Source: Escherichia phage vB_EcoM_CRP22
Strand: one strand, 5' to 3'
Length of the DNA stretch: 64,000 nucleotides
Sequence record: OQ708377.1
A program made the translations under genes and the position numbers. Of this stretch, positions 27,741-37,355 are shown piece by piece; position 1 is the stretch's first letter; every line of letters begins with the position of its first letter. Under the pieces are notes generated by a model. That model was not told where the DNA came from, made no database searches, and saw nothing but the letters and a program-made list of their open reading frames with translations.

Positions 27741-29718
27741 AGGTCGTAAATTGAAAGAGGCTGGTCAGTTTGTTGGTCATTGTGCATGTCCACGTTGTGG
27801 TTCATCAGATGCTGGTTCAATCTATCATCATGACGATGATTCTTATTCAATGACTTGCTTTAGTTGTAACAAAGGTTTCCCAGAGTGGGATTTTGATAAA
27901 GGACAAATCGTGAGCACTTATTCTACTGGTTCAGACAATAAAAACCGTACTTTCCGTGGAATGGATTTAGACGATGTGAAAGAAAACCTTGAAGCAATGG
28001 ACTTGAAAGACAGGAAAATCCCTGCAAAAGTCCTTGAACGTTTAGGTATCAAGGTTGACATTGACAGTGATGGTGAAATTGACGCACATTTCTACCCAAC
28101 TTACAAACGTAATGAAGATGGCAAGCTAGAGCATGTTGGCTACCGTGTTCGTCACCGTTACCCAGAAGACCATCCAAAAGAACACCTACGTGGTAAGCTA
28201 AAAGACTTTTCAGGTGGTGTTGGAGACATTAAAGGTGAACTGGCAATGTTCGGTTCATGGATTGCTCCAGAAGGTGGCAACCGTCTATTCATCTGGGAAG
28301 GTGAGATGGAATGTGCGACAGCAATCTACATGACTTCTTTGGCGATTAAAGATAAATCTCGTCGTAAGAATTACTGTCACGTATCTGTTCCATCAGGTGC
28401 AAACATTAAGTCTATCAAAGACAACTATCAGTACATCACATCATTTGATGAAATTTACTTGTGCTTTGATAACGATGAAGCAGGTGCTAAAGCCACTAAA
28501 GAGGCTGCTGGTATCCTACCTATTGAGAAGGTCCGTTTATTCCAGTATCCAGAAGGTGTAAAAGACCTTAACGAGTGGTGGACAAAGTTCTATAAAGAGA
28601 AAGATACAGTTCTGGAAGGATTTAAGCAGCGTATCTACAACGCACCTCGTTACTGCCCTGCTGGTATCAAGAACTTTGCAGATGGTTTTGAGGCAATGAA
28701 GAATCGTGGTCAGATTCCATTGATTCCTTTCCCAGAATCTTTCGGGGATTTGAACAGGCTGACTTATGGTGGTTACGGTTTAGGTGAGATTACAACTCTG
28801 GCAGCACCATCTTCAGTAGGTAAATCGGCATATACCCGTGAAATGATTTACACTGCTTGGAAGGAAACCGATTACAATATTGGTGTAATTCCTGTAGAAG
28901 ATACCTATGAAGAGTTGATGGAGATGCTCTGTGCAATTCACCTGAGCAAGCAGATTTCTGAGATTCCTTATGATGAACGGGATTGGGATGAATTAAAAGG
29001 AGCACACGCAGAACTATCTAAAGGTCGTCGTATCCATATCGTTGACCATCAAGGGGCAATTGACCAAGATAACCTGCTGGAATTTGTTGACTACCTTGTT
29101 AACAGTTTAGACTGTAAGATTATTATTCTTGACCCTATTACGTTGGCTCTGTCACGTTCTGATACGGATGAAGAAGAAGTCTTGTCTGAGTTATTGCGTC
29201 GTTGCAAACGCTACCAGTATGCACAGGTAAACGTATGTCACGTTCGTAAGAGTGCAGGTGGTCAGAAAGCTAACTCTGAAGGCGGGGATATCTCTGAAGA
29301 GGATATTAAGGGTTCTGGTGCGTATTTCCAGATTTCCATGAACAACATCCTGTTAATGCGTAACAAGGTTGACCCAGACCCTGTTAAGAAAAACTTGACA
29401 AAAATCAAGTTAACTAAGTGTCGTCGTCATGGTAAGTCAACAGGTATTGCTGGTCATACTTGGTACAATCCAGATACAGGACGTCTTATCAAAGCTTCTG
29501 GATGTGGTGTTGATATTGATGGTGCAGCAGAAAATATTCGTCAACAGTTTGGTATTGGTGAAGCTGAAGACCATTACGATGACTCTTTACCTCATTATGA
29601 GGATGAAGTGTTTGACCGTGAGACTGGTGAAGTCTATACTGAAGAACAGCGTCAAAGCTCAACGATTCCACCTGTATTAAGTGAGGATGCAGATGACTGC
29701 CCGTTTGAAACTGAGTGA
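27727..29718 (+). CDS. DNA primase-helicase (T7 gp4-like)
   Basis: N-terminal Zn-ribbon CACPRCG...CFSC; helicase Walker A PSSVGKSAY; 663 aa. Confidence 0.85.
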   Translation: MLMSKGRKLKEAGQFVGHCACPRCGSSDAGSIYHHDDDSYSMTCFSCNKGFPEWDFDKGQIVSTYSTGSDNKNRTFRGMDLDDVKENLEAMDLKDRKIPAKVLERLGIKVDIDSDGEIDAHFYPTYKRNEDGKLEHVGYRVRHRYPEDHPKEHLRGKLKDFSGGVGDIKGELAMFGSWIAPEGGNRLFIWEGEMECATAIYMTSLAIKDKSRRKNYCHVSVPSGANIKSIKDNYQYITSFDEIYLCFDNDEAGAKATKEAAGILPIEKVRLFQYPEGVKDLNEWWTKFYKEKDTVLEGFKQRIYNAPRYCPAGIKNFADGFEAMKNRGQIPLIPFPESFGDLNRLTYGGYGLGEITTLAAPSSVGKSAYTREMIYTAWKETDYNIGVIPVEDTYEELMEMLCAIHLSKQISEIPYDERDWDELKGAHAELSKGRRIHIVDHQGAIDQDNLLEFVDYLVNSLDCKIIILDPITLALSRSDTDEEEVLSELLRRCKRYQYAQVNVCHVRKSAGGQKANSEGGDISEEDIKGSGAYFQISMNNILLMRNKVDPDPVKKNLTKIKLTKCRRHGKSTGIAGHTWYNPDTGRLIKASGCGVDIDGAAENIRQQFGIGEAEDHYDDSLPHYEDEVFDRETGEVYTEEQRQSSTIPPVLSEDADDCPFETE

Positions 29719-29787
29719 TAGTTATAAAAGAGAGGGGTTCACTCCCTTCTTTGAAGAAAAAAGTTTAAATGAATTTCAGGAAGAGTG

Positions 29788-29816
29788 TTTGACAAAGGTT
29801 GATAGGTTCTATAGAA
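29788..29816 (+). promoter_or_regulatory. sigma70 consensus-like promoter (TTGACA-N17-TAGAAT)
   Basis: TTGACA 29788-29793, 17-nt spacer, TAGAAT 29811-29816. Confidence 0.5.
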
Positions 29817-29970
29817 TGCTTCTCATGAAATGCGATGGAGAGGTTGCTATAAAAGAAGATTCCTACCAAAGCACGATTACAGTCATCATTACACTGCCTC
29901 AGCATAATATTAGTTGGCTGTTTATAATTAAAGAAAATGTGTTTGAATATCAAGTATATCGGAGAATATC

Positions 29971-30120
29971 ATGAAACACTCTAAAGCATTTGAAAAAGTT
30001 TTTGGTGATTCCTTAAAAGCCACTGCTGGAAAACCAGCAAAATACTATGAAGAAAAACGTGTAAGAACTGGAAAAACTGCACGTAAAGCAGCTTCTAAAG
30101 ATAAGCACAACTTCCAGTAA
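29971..30120 (+). CDS. small basic protein (49 aa)
   Basis: ATG preceded by GGAGA; MKHSKAFEKVFGDS...; below the ORF-track length cutoff. Confidence 0.3.
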   Translation: MKHSKAFEKVFGDSLKATAGKPAKYYEEKRVRTGKTARKAASKDKHNFQ

Positions 30121-30127
30121 TTAGTAT

Positions 30128-30156
30128 TTGACAATAGAGTATCAACAAACTAGAAT
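30128..30156 (+). promoter_or_regulatory. sigma70 consensus-like promoter (TTGACA-N17-TAGAAT)
   Basis: TTGACA 30128-30133, 17-nt spacer, TAGAAT 30151-30156, about 37 nt upstream of ATG 30193. Confidence 0.55.
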
Positions 30157-30192
30157 TGATACTCTTCATAAATTGAGATAGAGGTTTAAATA

Positions 30193-31050
30193 ATGTCTAA
30201 AGTTGTTAAAATGAAAGCTCCGGTAGAGAAGTACAATGGTACTGAACGTCAAACTCTGCGTTACCTGCTGAAAGATGTCTGGTTTTATTACCTGAACACT
30301 TCACCACGTCCGGGAAAAGGTAAATCCATTGATAAGAAATTCCCAGGAAAAGACTGTAACTACAGCGTATCAATCCTGGCAGAAGACGGTAACAAGCTCT
30401 TTAAAGAGTTTACTAAGTCTAAGAAGAATCCAGAAGGTTGGGATAAAGTTACTACTGAAGCAGTTGATGCAGACGACTTTGAAGAGAAGTTTGGTTGCAA
30501 ACCACCATTTGAAGCAGATACTTACTACATCTTGAAAGTAAGTCGTGCAGCAGCTTATAAAGATGGTGCTGTGTGGACAGCTAAACAGTCATTCCCTGTA
30601 ATGCTGATTGAAGAAGTAAATGGTAAGCGTGTAGCTGTTAAACAGCCGATGAAGAAAATCAAAGCTCAAGCATCTGATGAACATGAAGATGACAAGAACT
30701 ATGATGTAATTCATCCAGATATTGCAGTCGGTAATGGTTCTTTTGGTAGTGTGATTCTTTCTACTCACTTCTACACTTTTGAGAACAATGTTCTGACAAA
30801 ACCTATTCAGGAACAGTTTATCATTGATACTCTTGTACCTTACACTGGTGGTAACGGTGCTAACGGCGAACCTGAACTGGATGAAGATGAACTGGCTATG
30901 CTTGGTCTTGATGGTGTTGAAGATAACGGTGAAATCACTGAAGAAGATGCAACAGACCACAAACCTTCGAATGCTTCTGATGATGGTGATGATGAAGACT
31001 TGCCAGACCCAGATGATGAAGAAGATGAAGACTTCGATACAGAAGACTAA
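30193..31050 (+). CDS. putative ssDNA-binding protein with acidic C-terminal tail
   Basis: 285 aa; strongly acidic C-terminus ending ...EEDEDFDTED, as in T7 gp2.5-type SSBs; sits between primase-helicase and exonuclease. Confidence 0.4.
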   Translation: MSKVVKMKAPVEKYNGTERQTLRYLLKDVWFYYLNTSPRPGKGKSIDKKFPGKDCNYSVSILAEDGNKLFKEFTKSKKNPEGWDKVTTEAVDADDFEEKFGCKPPFEADTYYILKVSRAAAYKDGAVWTAKQSFPVMLIEEVNGKRVAVKQPMKKIKAQASDEHEDDKNYDVIHPDIAVGNGSFGSVILSTHFYTFENNVLTKPIQEQFIIDTLVPYTGGNGANGEPELDEDELAMLGLDGVEDNGEITEEDATDHKPSNASDDGDDEDLPDPDDEEDEDFDTED

Positions 31051-31066
31051 TCTCTAAAAGTTACTT

Positions 31067-31098
31067 TAAAGCCCTGTACTTAGTATGGGGCTTTTTCA
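31067..31098 (+). terminator. rho-independent terminator
   Basis: aaagccc...ggggcttttt hairpin plus T-run. Confidence 0.55.
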
Positions 31099-31112
31099 TA
31101 TGGAGAGCCATA

Positions 31113-32159
31113 ATGGAGAAGTACACATTAACAAAACTTCCCGATTCAGTTACACATGTTTTTATTGACTCTGACAGTATTGCCTATAAAGGTGCTTGTG
31201 TAGTTGAGAAAGCAAAATATAAATATGTCAATAAACTCACAGCAGAAGAGTCTGAGCCATTTGATAATGCGAAAGATGCTGCAAGATGGTTATCAGACCA
31301 GAGAATCCTTGTGGAAGAGCTTGGCCTGACATTTGATGAAGATGAATGGGAAAGACAGACTTGGAAAGAAGCTAAGAGTGAAAAAGAAGCTATCATGGCT
31401 ACTCAACAGGTGCTTCAGGAATGGCTTAAGATTGTTGGTAAAGAAAGAACTTGGGTAGGTTATTTAACAGAGAAAGGTGTGCATAAGCATAAAGACATTA
31501 AAGGTCTTGAGCACCAATATCAAGGTAACCGTAAAGATGCTGTCACACCAACACACTTAGTTGCTTGTCGTGAGTATCTTCTGTCAAGACCAGAGTTTAA
31601 ATTGATTCTTGATGGATTTGAAGCTGACTCTATCGTTATTGCTAAAGCTGAAAAGATGGGTAAAAAGGCTGCCTTAATGAGTATTGATAAAGACCTTCGC
31701 CAAGCTGAAGGGACTTACTGCATTGATATGACCTATGAGAAGTCACCTTTGATTTTCATTGCTGATAACAACGTTGGTGAAATTTGGGATTGTCCAATAA
31801 AATCGACACCAAAAGCTAAGAAGACAGTTGGGGTAGGTTTTAAATTTCTTTGTTACCAAGCTGTGGCTGGTGATAATGCAGATAACTATTTTGGTTTAAA
31901 GGGCGTTGGTAAGGTTGCTGTAATGAAAGCCCTTGAAGGTAAAACTACTTACAAAGAGTGTCTTGATGCAATTTATGAGCTTTATGCTAAGAAAGAGTCA
32001 TACACTTATGTCTCGTGGGATGGTCAAACAATTACCAGAACACCCTTAGAGTTAATGCAGCAACACTTTTTCTTAGCTTATCAGGAAAGAAATAAGAAAG
32101 ACGATTTTACTTTTGATAAGTATGGGTGGACACCAAATGTTAACTCAACAAACTCTTAA
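31113..32159 (+). CDS. 5'-3' exonuclease (T7 gp6-like / FEN family)
   Basis: 348 aa; segments HVFIDSDSIAY and MSIDKDLRQ resemble the T7 gp6 acidic-cluster motifs (recalled from memory). Confidence 0.5.
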   Translation: MEKYTLTKLPDSVTHVFIDSDSIAYKGACVVEKAKYKYVNKLTAEESEPFDNAKDAARWLSDQRILVEELGLTFDEDEWERQTWKEAKSEKEAIMATQQVLQEWLKIVGKERTWVGYLTEKGVHKHKDIKGLEHQYQGNRKDAVTPTHLVACREYLLSRPEFKLILDGFEADSIVIAKAEKMGKKAALMSIDKDLRQAEGTYCIDMTYEKSPLIFIADNNVGEIWDCPIKSTPKAKKTVGVGFKFLCYQAVAGDNADNYFGLKGVGKVAVMKALEGKTTYKECLDAIYELYAKKESYTYVSWDGQTITRTPLELMQQHFFLAYQERNKKDDFTFDKYGWTPNVNSTNS

Positions 32160-32629
32160 AGAATACCTACACTATGACCCCGAAACAGGGGGTCTTTACT
32201 TGGATTAAGAAGTCTGCTAAGCACACAAAAATTGGTTCTGTTGCAGGTACAAACTTAAGGGGATACATCAGAATCTATTTGTTTGGTAAGGGTTATTATG
32301 CACATACACTGGCTGTTCTGTATATGGATGGTTACCTCCCTGAGTGTGTTGACCATAAAAATCATGTAACCCTAGATAATCGCTGGATAAATCTTAGGGC
32401 ATGTACGTTATCAGAGAACCAATGTAATAGGTTACTCAATAAGAATAATAAATCAGGTGTTAAAGGTGTGTACTACAAAAAACAGTATGGTAAGTGGTCT
32501 ACACAGATAACTTTTAAGAAGAGAGTTTACTTCTTCGGCAACTATGACACGATTGCTGAAGCAGCAGAGGTTGTAAATAGGGAACGTCAACGGTTACACA
32601 GAGAGTTTGCTAATAAAGGTGATGAATGA
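32137..32629 (+). CDS. HNH-AP2 homing endonuclease, reading frame disrupted at a G5 run (possible pseudogene or homopolymer error)
   Basis: ATG 32137 frame encodes MLTQQTLKEYLHYDPETG, matching the paralog N-terminus, then stops at 32206; body (VFTW...) continues one nt out of frame from the G5 run at 32188-32192 to 32629. Confidence 0.5.
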
Positions 32630-33126
32630 GAAAAATAAAAGGTTTTGGCAATTGCCCTGAATATGGACATTGGACTTCACTATGTGGTGAGGTTGACCCA
32701 GCAAAGCACTTTGGTTTTGTCTACCTAGTGTACTGCAAAAAGACTGGACAGTACTATTTGGGTAAAAAACAGCTTAATAGCGTGACCAAAAGAAAAGTTG
32801 CTGGTAAGACTCGGAAGAAGGTAGTCACTAAGGAGAGTGATTGGATGACTTATGAGACTTCTTCTGAGTATATTAAAAAAGATATTGAGAGCTTTGGAAA
32901 AGAATTTTTTGACTTTTACATTATTCAGACCTACTACACAAAAGGTGGCCTAGTCTATGGTGAAGCAAACCTTCAACATAAATTCGATGTAATGACAAAA
33001 AGGATTGACTCGAAGCTCAGACTCTTCTACAATGCCAATATTGCAGCAATTAAGTTTATCACTAAAGAAACTTATGAAGATGCTGAAAAAAGAATCCATA
33101 AGGTAATGAAAGCAAATCGTGCTTGA
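32626..33126 (+). CDS. putative GIY-YIG-like endonuclease
   Basis: 166 aa; FGFVYLVYCKKTGQYYLGKK resembles the GIY-(x10)-YIG motif; follows an HNH endonuclease. Confidence 0.35.
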   Translation: MRKIKGFGNCPEYGHWTSLCGEVDPAKHFGFVYLVYCKKTGQYYLGKKQLNSVTKRKVAGKTRKKVVTKESDWMTYETSSEYIKKDIESFGKEFFDFYIIQTYYTKGGLVYGEANLQHKFDVMTKRIDSKLRLFYNANIAAIKFITKETYEDAEKRIHKVMKANRA

Positions 33127-33132
33127 TAACTA

Positions 33133-33396
33133 TTGAGAGAGAATAAAATGTTTAACAAAAGTAAAGCTGTGAGTCATGTAGCAAAAGTTGACAGCAAGAT
33201 TGAAGAACTTGAGCGCATCCTTGCAAATGCTAGAGAGTCAATAATTAAAGAAGTTGAAGCTGTTGAATCTCAAATGCAGCACCTAATGCTTAAACGCCAA
33301 GAGCTACGTGAGCATCTTGAATATATTGAAACACGAGAGCTAAAGGTTAACAAATATTTTAAGGAGTACGAATGTTTAACTCAAGAGAATCAGTAA
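33133..33396 (+). CDS. small coiled-coil protein
   Basis: 87-aa ORF. Confidence 0.3.
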   Translation: MRENKMFNKSKAVSHVAKVDSKIEELERILANARESIIKEVEAVESQMQHLMLKRQELREHLEYIETRELKVNKYFKEYECLTQENQ

Positions 33397-34127
33397 AAAA
33401 CTGGAACCTTCGTTGTGGAAACACTCAAAAGCAACCTTACAGTGATGAGTATTGGGAATCTTTAAAATCTCAATCTCTGTGTATGCTTGAAGAGGCAAAA
33501 GAGCTTGTAAAAGCAATTGAAGAGAAAGACCCCATTGAGACACTGGATGCTCAGGCAGATTTACAATATGTTCTTGACGGTTTGATTTACCTGTCACAAC
33601 ATGACCATAACGGTGCTATGGAAGCTGTTTGCCATAATAATGACCTGAAGTACACAGATGACTATGAAGAAGCTTTAAAACGTCTTGCAGATATTGAGAA
33701 GCGCACTGGTCAAGATTGTATTGTCAGAATGTCAGTGGTTGATGGCAAAGAATGGTATGCAATTGTTCGTGCAGCCGATGGGAAGATTATGAAGCAATCA
33801 AATCTTCCTAAAGTGCAGCTTGGTGAATACATTGTAGAACTTGAAAGCCAAGAACTTTTTGTGGTAGTATCTGAGACATGCGTTATCTGCAAAGGTCTTG
33901 TAGGTAGCTTAAAGGATTTGGGTGTAGATGGTTTTGTAGAAGTTAATCCAATTACCTCTAAGGCAGATAAAGACTTCTGTAAAGAGAATGGACTATGGAT
34001 TGCAGATATTGTCTACTATGATGGTGAGCAGTTCCATGTAACCTCATACCCGAAACTGAATTATGATGCTAATAACCTGAAGTGCTGGTTAAAAGGGGTT
34101 GGTTATAATGGATTCACAGAACATTAA
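33372..34127 (+). CDS. hypothetical protein (MazG-like nucleotide pyrophosphohydrolase candidate)
   Basis: 251 aa; EEAKELVKAIEE...ETLDAQADLQYVLDGL resembles the MazG E-x-x-E / D-x-x-D helix pattern. Confidence 0.3.
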   Translation: MFNSRESVKNWNLRCGNTQKQPYSDEYWESLKSQSLCMLEEAKELVKAIEEKDPIETLDAQADLQYVLDGLIYLSQHDHNGAMEAVCHNNDLKYTDDYEEALKRLADIEKRTGQDCIVRMSVVDGKEWYAIVRAADGKIMKQSNLPKVQLGEYIVELESQELFVVVSETCVICKGLVGSLKDLGVDGFVEVNPITSKADKDFCKENGLWIADIVYYDGEQFHVTSYPKLNYDANNLKCWLKGVGYNGFTEH

Positions 34128-34431
34128 TAAAGAAGGTGTGGCTCAGAAGAGCCACTTCTCAAACTACAATATTTCTATGACGGTGTTTATGAATGACCCG
34201 TTACTTGAGAAGTATGGTGAGACTCCAGATACACTTCTGGATAATGAACAAGTTTTAAAAGCAGTTCTGTACAAATACGGGATTGATATTGAGAAAGAGT
34301 ATTCTTTTGAAATCTGTCAACACAGGAATACTTTTGGTAAAGTTGTAATGGCTCCACTCTTCATGGGTGTAGAAAGAACTGACTATGGTTGGTTATATCT
34401 AAAAAGAAACTTGGAGAAATACCGTGTCTAA
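34099..34431 (+). CDS. hypothetical protein
   Basis: 110-aa ORF. Confidence 0.3.
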   Translation: MVIMDSQNINKEGVAQKSHFSNYNISMTVFMNDPLLEKYGETPDTLLDNEQVLKAVLYKYGIDIEKEYSFEICQHRNTFGKVVMAPLFMGVERTDYGWLYLKRNLEKYRV

Positions 34432-34762
34432 AGCAAAAAAGTTATCTTATGATGACATTATCTCAGGTGCTAAGTTAGGTGTTGATAGTATCGGACAAGA
34501 CGTTAAGCACGGAGACACAGTTATGTACTGTGATGACCGAAGAGGGAGAAGTGCAATCTTGTTTGGAAGAATTGTTTGCAATATGCGAGGCAATTACGTT
34601 GTTGCAGACATGGATGTGAACGTTACACAAAAACTTGAAACACTTATGGATGATAATCCATCATCATGGTTCTCCCTGAACTGTATGCACACTTCATCAG
34701 TCACAAAAGTAAGTGATAAGTTTTACGATATGTGGCAGAATGAGCAAATTTTCAAGATTTAA
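34424..34762 (+). CDS. hypothetical protein
   Basis: 112-aa ORF. Confidence 0.3.
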   Translation: MSKAKKLSYDDIISGAKLGVDSIGQDVKHGDTVMYCDDRRGRSAILFGRIVCNMRGNYVVADMDVNVTQKLETLMDDNPSSWFSLNCMHTSSVTKVSDKFYDMWQNEQIFKI

Positions 34763-34765
34763 ACT

Positions 34766-34791
34766 AGGGAGCCTCTTCGGGGGCTCTTTTC
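34766..34791 (+). terminator. rho-independent terminator
   Basis: gggagcctcttcgggggctc hairpin plus TTTT. Confidence 0.6.
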
Positions 34792-34807
34792 ATCTGTAGG
34801 ATTCAAA

Positions 34808-37042
34808 ATGATTAAGACAATTAAAAAATCAAACGGTACAGTAGTAAGCTTTGACCCAGAAAGACTGAATAAGTGGGCATCATGGGCAGATAAACGTGGA
34901 ATTATCTGGTCAGAAGTCACTATGGAAGCTATGAAACGTGTCTATGAAGGTTGCACTACAAAAGAGATGCACCAAGCCATGATTGATGTTTGTGTTGATA
35001 AGCAAACTCAAGAGTACTCAGATATGGCTGGACGGCTACTTCTGGGAATTATCTACAAAGAATCCTTTGGAGGCTTTACTAAGGTTCCTACGCTGGTTAC
35101 CTTCGTTAAAAATATGGAGAGAGCAGGACTTTGGGAGAAGATGGACTATTCACAGGAAGAGCTTGAATACCTGCAAGGGTACATTGTGCACTCAAAAGAT
35201 ATCTCTTACGGTTATGCAGTACTGAAACAGTTTAGAGACAAGTATGGTATCCGTGATATTAAAACGGGAAGACTTTTTGAGTCACCACAGTTTATGTTTA
35301 TGGGTATGGCTATGAAAGCCTTCGAGAAGCAACCAAAGCACCGTAGACTGCAAGATGTTATCAAGCTGTACACTTACCTATCTGACCTGAAGATTAATGC
35401 TCCTACGCCTTATCTGAATGGTTTAAGAGCTACTAAATCAGGTTATGCGTCATGCTGTTTGATTAAGGCAAATGATACTGCTGAATCTCTAGGTATTGCT
35501 GCAAAGGTTGCTTATGATATGACTACAAAGCAAGCTGGTATTGGGATGCTGATGGAGACTCGCACTATTGGTGATGGTATCCGTCAAAATACTATTGAGC
35601 ATATGGGTAAACTACCTTATTACAAGCTTGTACGTTCATCTGTAGAGGCAAACAAACAAAAGAGCCGTGGTGGTTCAGCTAACAACTTCTACACCGCTCT
35701 AGACCCGCAGATTGAAGATTTACTGCGTTTGAAGCACCCTACAACGGTTCCTTCGAAACGTATTAACGAGATGGACTACTCATTTGGTACAAATGATTAT
35801 TTCTGGCAGTGTGTTCAATATGATACAGACTGGTTGCTATTCTCTTACAAGGATGCACCAAAGCTCTATGACATGTTCTACACAGCATCTGCTGATGAGT
35901 TTGCTATGGCAGTTGGTCACGCAGTGCATTCAGGTGTTAAGCACAGACGAGTAAAGGCTCGTGAAATTGCTAAACTGTTTATCCAGCAGCGTTATGCAAC
36001 AGGCCGTGTGTACCCATTCTTCACAAATAATGCAAACACACATACACCATTTAAAGAGCCTTTGAAGATGTCAAATCTTTGTATGGAAATTGTGTTGCCA
36101 GTGTACGGTTTTGAGAAAGAGACAGACCTTTACAGAGATGATGCTGTGAAAGAGGATGGTGAGGTAGCTCTTTGCTTCCTAGCTAGTTTGGTTGCAGGGA
36201 GAATTTCAGAAGATGAATACGCTGACGTTGCTTATTATGCTCTTGCAATGGTTGACTCCGTTATTGACCTTATGGATTATCCGTATCCGTCGATGTGTAA
36301 CCATGTTCAGAAGCGTCGTTCTGTTGGGATTGGCCTTACAAATGTGGCTCATTACCTTGCAAAAAACTACGTGAACTACTCTTCAAGAGCAGGTAAGACG
36401 AAGCTTCATGAGCTTGCTGAAATGCACTCTTACTACTTACACGAAGCTTCTTTAAGACTTGCTAAAGAACGTGGTGTACCTGAGTATATGCAGTTCACTA
36501 AGTATCCTGAAGGTTGGGTTCCTCCGAAGACAGCTAACAGGAAGATTGATGAGAAGCATGATGCAAAACTTCGTTATGATTGGGATGACTTAGCACAACG
36601 TATTAAAGAAAATGGTGGAATCCGCAACTCTGTATTAGAAGCTTACATGCCTAATGAGAGTTCTTCACTGGCAACTAATACGACAAACGGCTTGTACCCA
36701 ATTCGTGACTTTATTTTAACTAAAAAGTCTGCAACTGGTAACGTACTGTTTATTGTTCCAGATTACGAAGAGTTGAAGTATGTCTATGAAATTGCTTGGG
36801 ATATTGACACCTTTGACCTAATTGATTGCTATGCAATTGTTCAAAAGTTCACTGGTCAAGCTATCTCTTCAGATTTCTATGTTGACTACGCAAAAGCTAA
36901 GAAGGTATCATTGGCTCAAGCTTTGAAGTACATGATTTATGCCAACTCAGTAGGTATGAAAACCATGTACTACCTTAACAGTCGCATCGGTGTAGGTAAA
37001 TCTGCACTGCAAGATGCTTATTGCGAGGGTTGTGGTGTTTAG
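34808..37042 (+). CDS. nrdA: ribonucleotide reductase class Ia large subunit
   Basis: 744 aa; N-terminal ATP-cone-like region, active-site NLCMEI motif, C-terminal cysteine pair CEGCGV. Confidence 0.85.
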   Translation: MIKTIKKSNGTVVSFDPERLNKWASWADKRGIIWSEVTMEAMKRVYEGCTTKEMHQAMIDVCVDKQTQEYSDMAGRLLLGIIYKESFGGFTKVPTLVTFVKNMERAGLWEKMDYSQEELEYLQGYIVHSKDISYGYAVLKQFRDKYGIRDIKTGRLFESPQFMFMGMAMKAFEKQPKHRRLQDVIKLYTYLSDLKINAPTPYLNGLRATKSGYASCCLIKANDTAESLGIAAKVAYDMTTKQAGIGMLMETRTIGDGIRQNTIEHMGKLPYYKLVRSSVEANKQKSRGGSANNFYTALDPQIEDLLRLKHPTTVPSKRINEMDYSFGTNDYFWQCVQYDTDWLLFSYKDAPKLYDMFYTASADEFAMAVGHAVHSGVKHRRVKAREIAKLFIQQRYATGRVYPFFTNNANTHTPFKEPLKMSNLCMEIVLPVYGFEKETDLYRDDAVKEDGEVALCFLASLVAGRISEDEYADVAYYALAMVDSVIDLMDYPYPSMCNHVQKRRSVGIGLTNVAHYLAKNYVNYSSRAGKTKLHELAEMHSYYLHEASLRLAKERGVPEYMQFTKYPEGWVPPKTANRKIDEKHDAKLRYDWDDLAQRIKENGGIRNSVLEAYMPNESSSLATNTTNGLYPIRDFILTKKSATGNVLFIVPDYEELKYVYEIAWDIDTFDLIDCYAIVQKFTGQAISSDFYVDYAKAKKVSLAQALKYMIYANSVGMKTMYYLNSRIGVGKSALQDAYCEGCGV

Positions 37043-37097
37043 TTTTAATAACTATGAGGGTCGTAAAAGACCCTCTAAAATTAACTTTGGAGAGACC

Positions 37098-37355
37098 ATG
37101 AAAGATTTAATAGAAAAACATGAGCGACCTATATACTTGCTCCACAAGCCTCGGAAAACGATGTACTATGTGAGTAGCACAGATATGATGATAAAACAAA
37201 AGGATGACTCATGGGTTGCTGGTATCTCTTACATCTCTACAGCAGATGGTAAAATCTACGCAAGACCTTATGAGATGTTCAACAAAGAAAATTGGGAAGT
37301 TTTAGACAGAAAACAAGCCTTAGAAATGATAAAGAAAGGAGAAATCACGCTATGA
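37098..37355 (+). CDS. hypothetical protein
   Basis: Start at ATG 37098 (MKDLIEK...) preceded by GGAGAG; stop overlaps nrdB start (ATGA). Confidence 0.3.
   Translation: MKDLIEKHERPIYLLHKPRKTMYYVSSTDMMIKQKDDSWVAGISYISTADGKIYARPYEMFNKENWEVLDRKQALEMIKKGEITL

Noticed and set aside
29681-29974. 97-aa ORF overlapping the end of the primase-helicase gene
   Set aside because: It contains a consensus TTGACA-N17-TAGAAT promoter and a hairpin, overlaps the primase stop in another frame and has no RBS; the region is more likely a regulatory intergenic region preceding the small gene at 29971.
30329-31057. Three alternative-frame ORFs within the acidic SSB-like gene
   Set aside because: Arise from the low-complexity acidic and repetitive coding sequence; fully nested in the 30193..31050 CDS.
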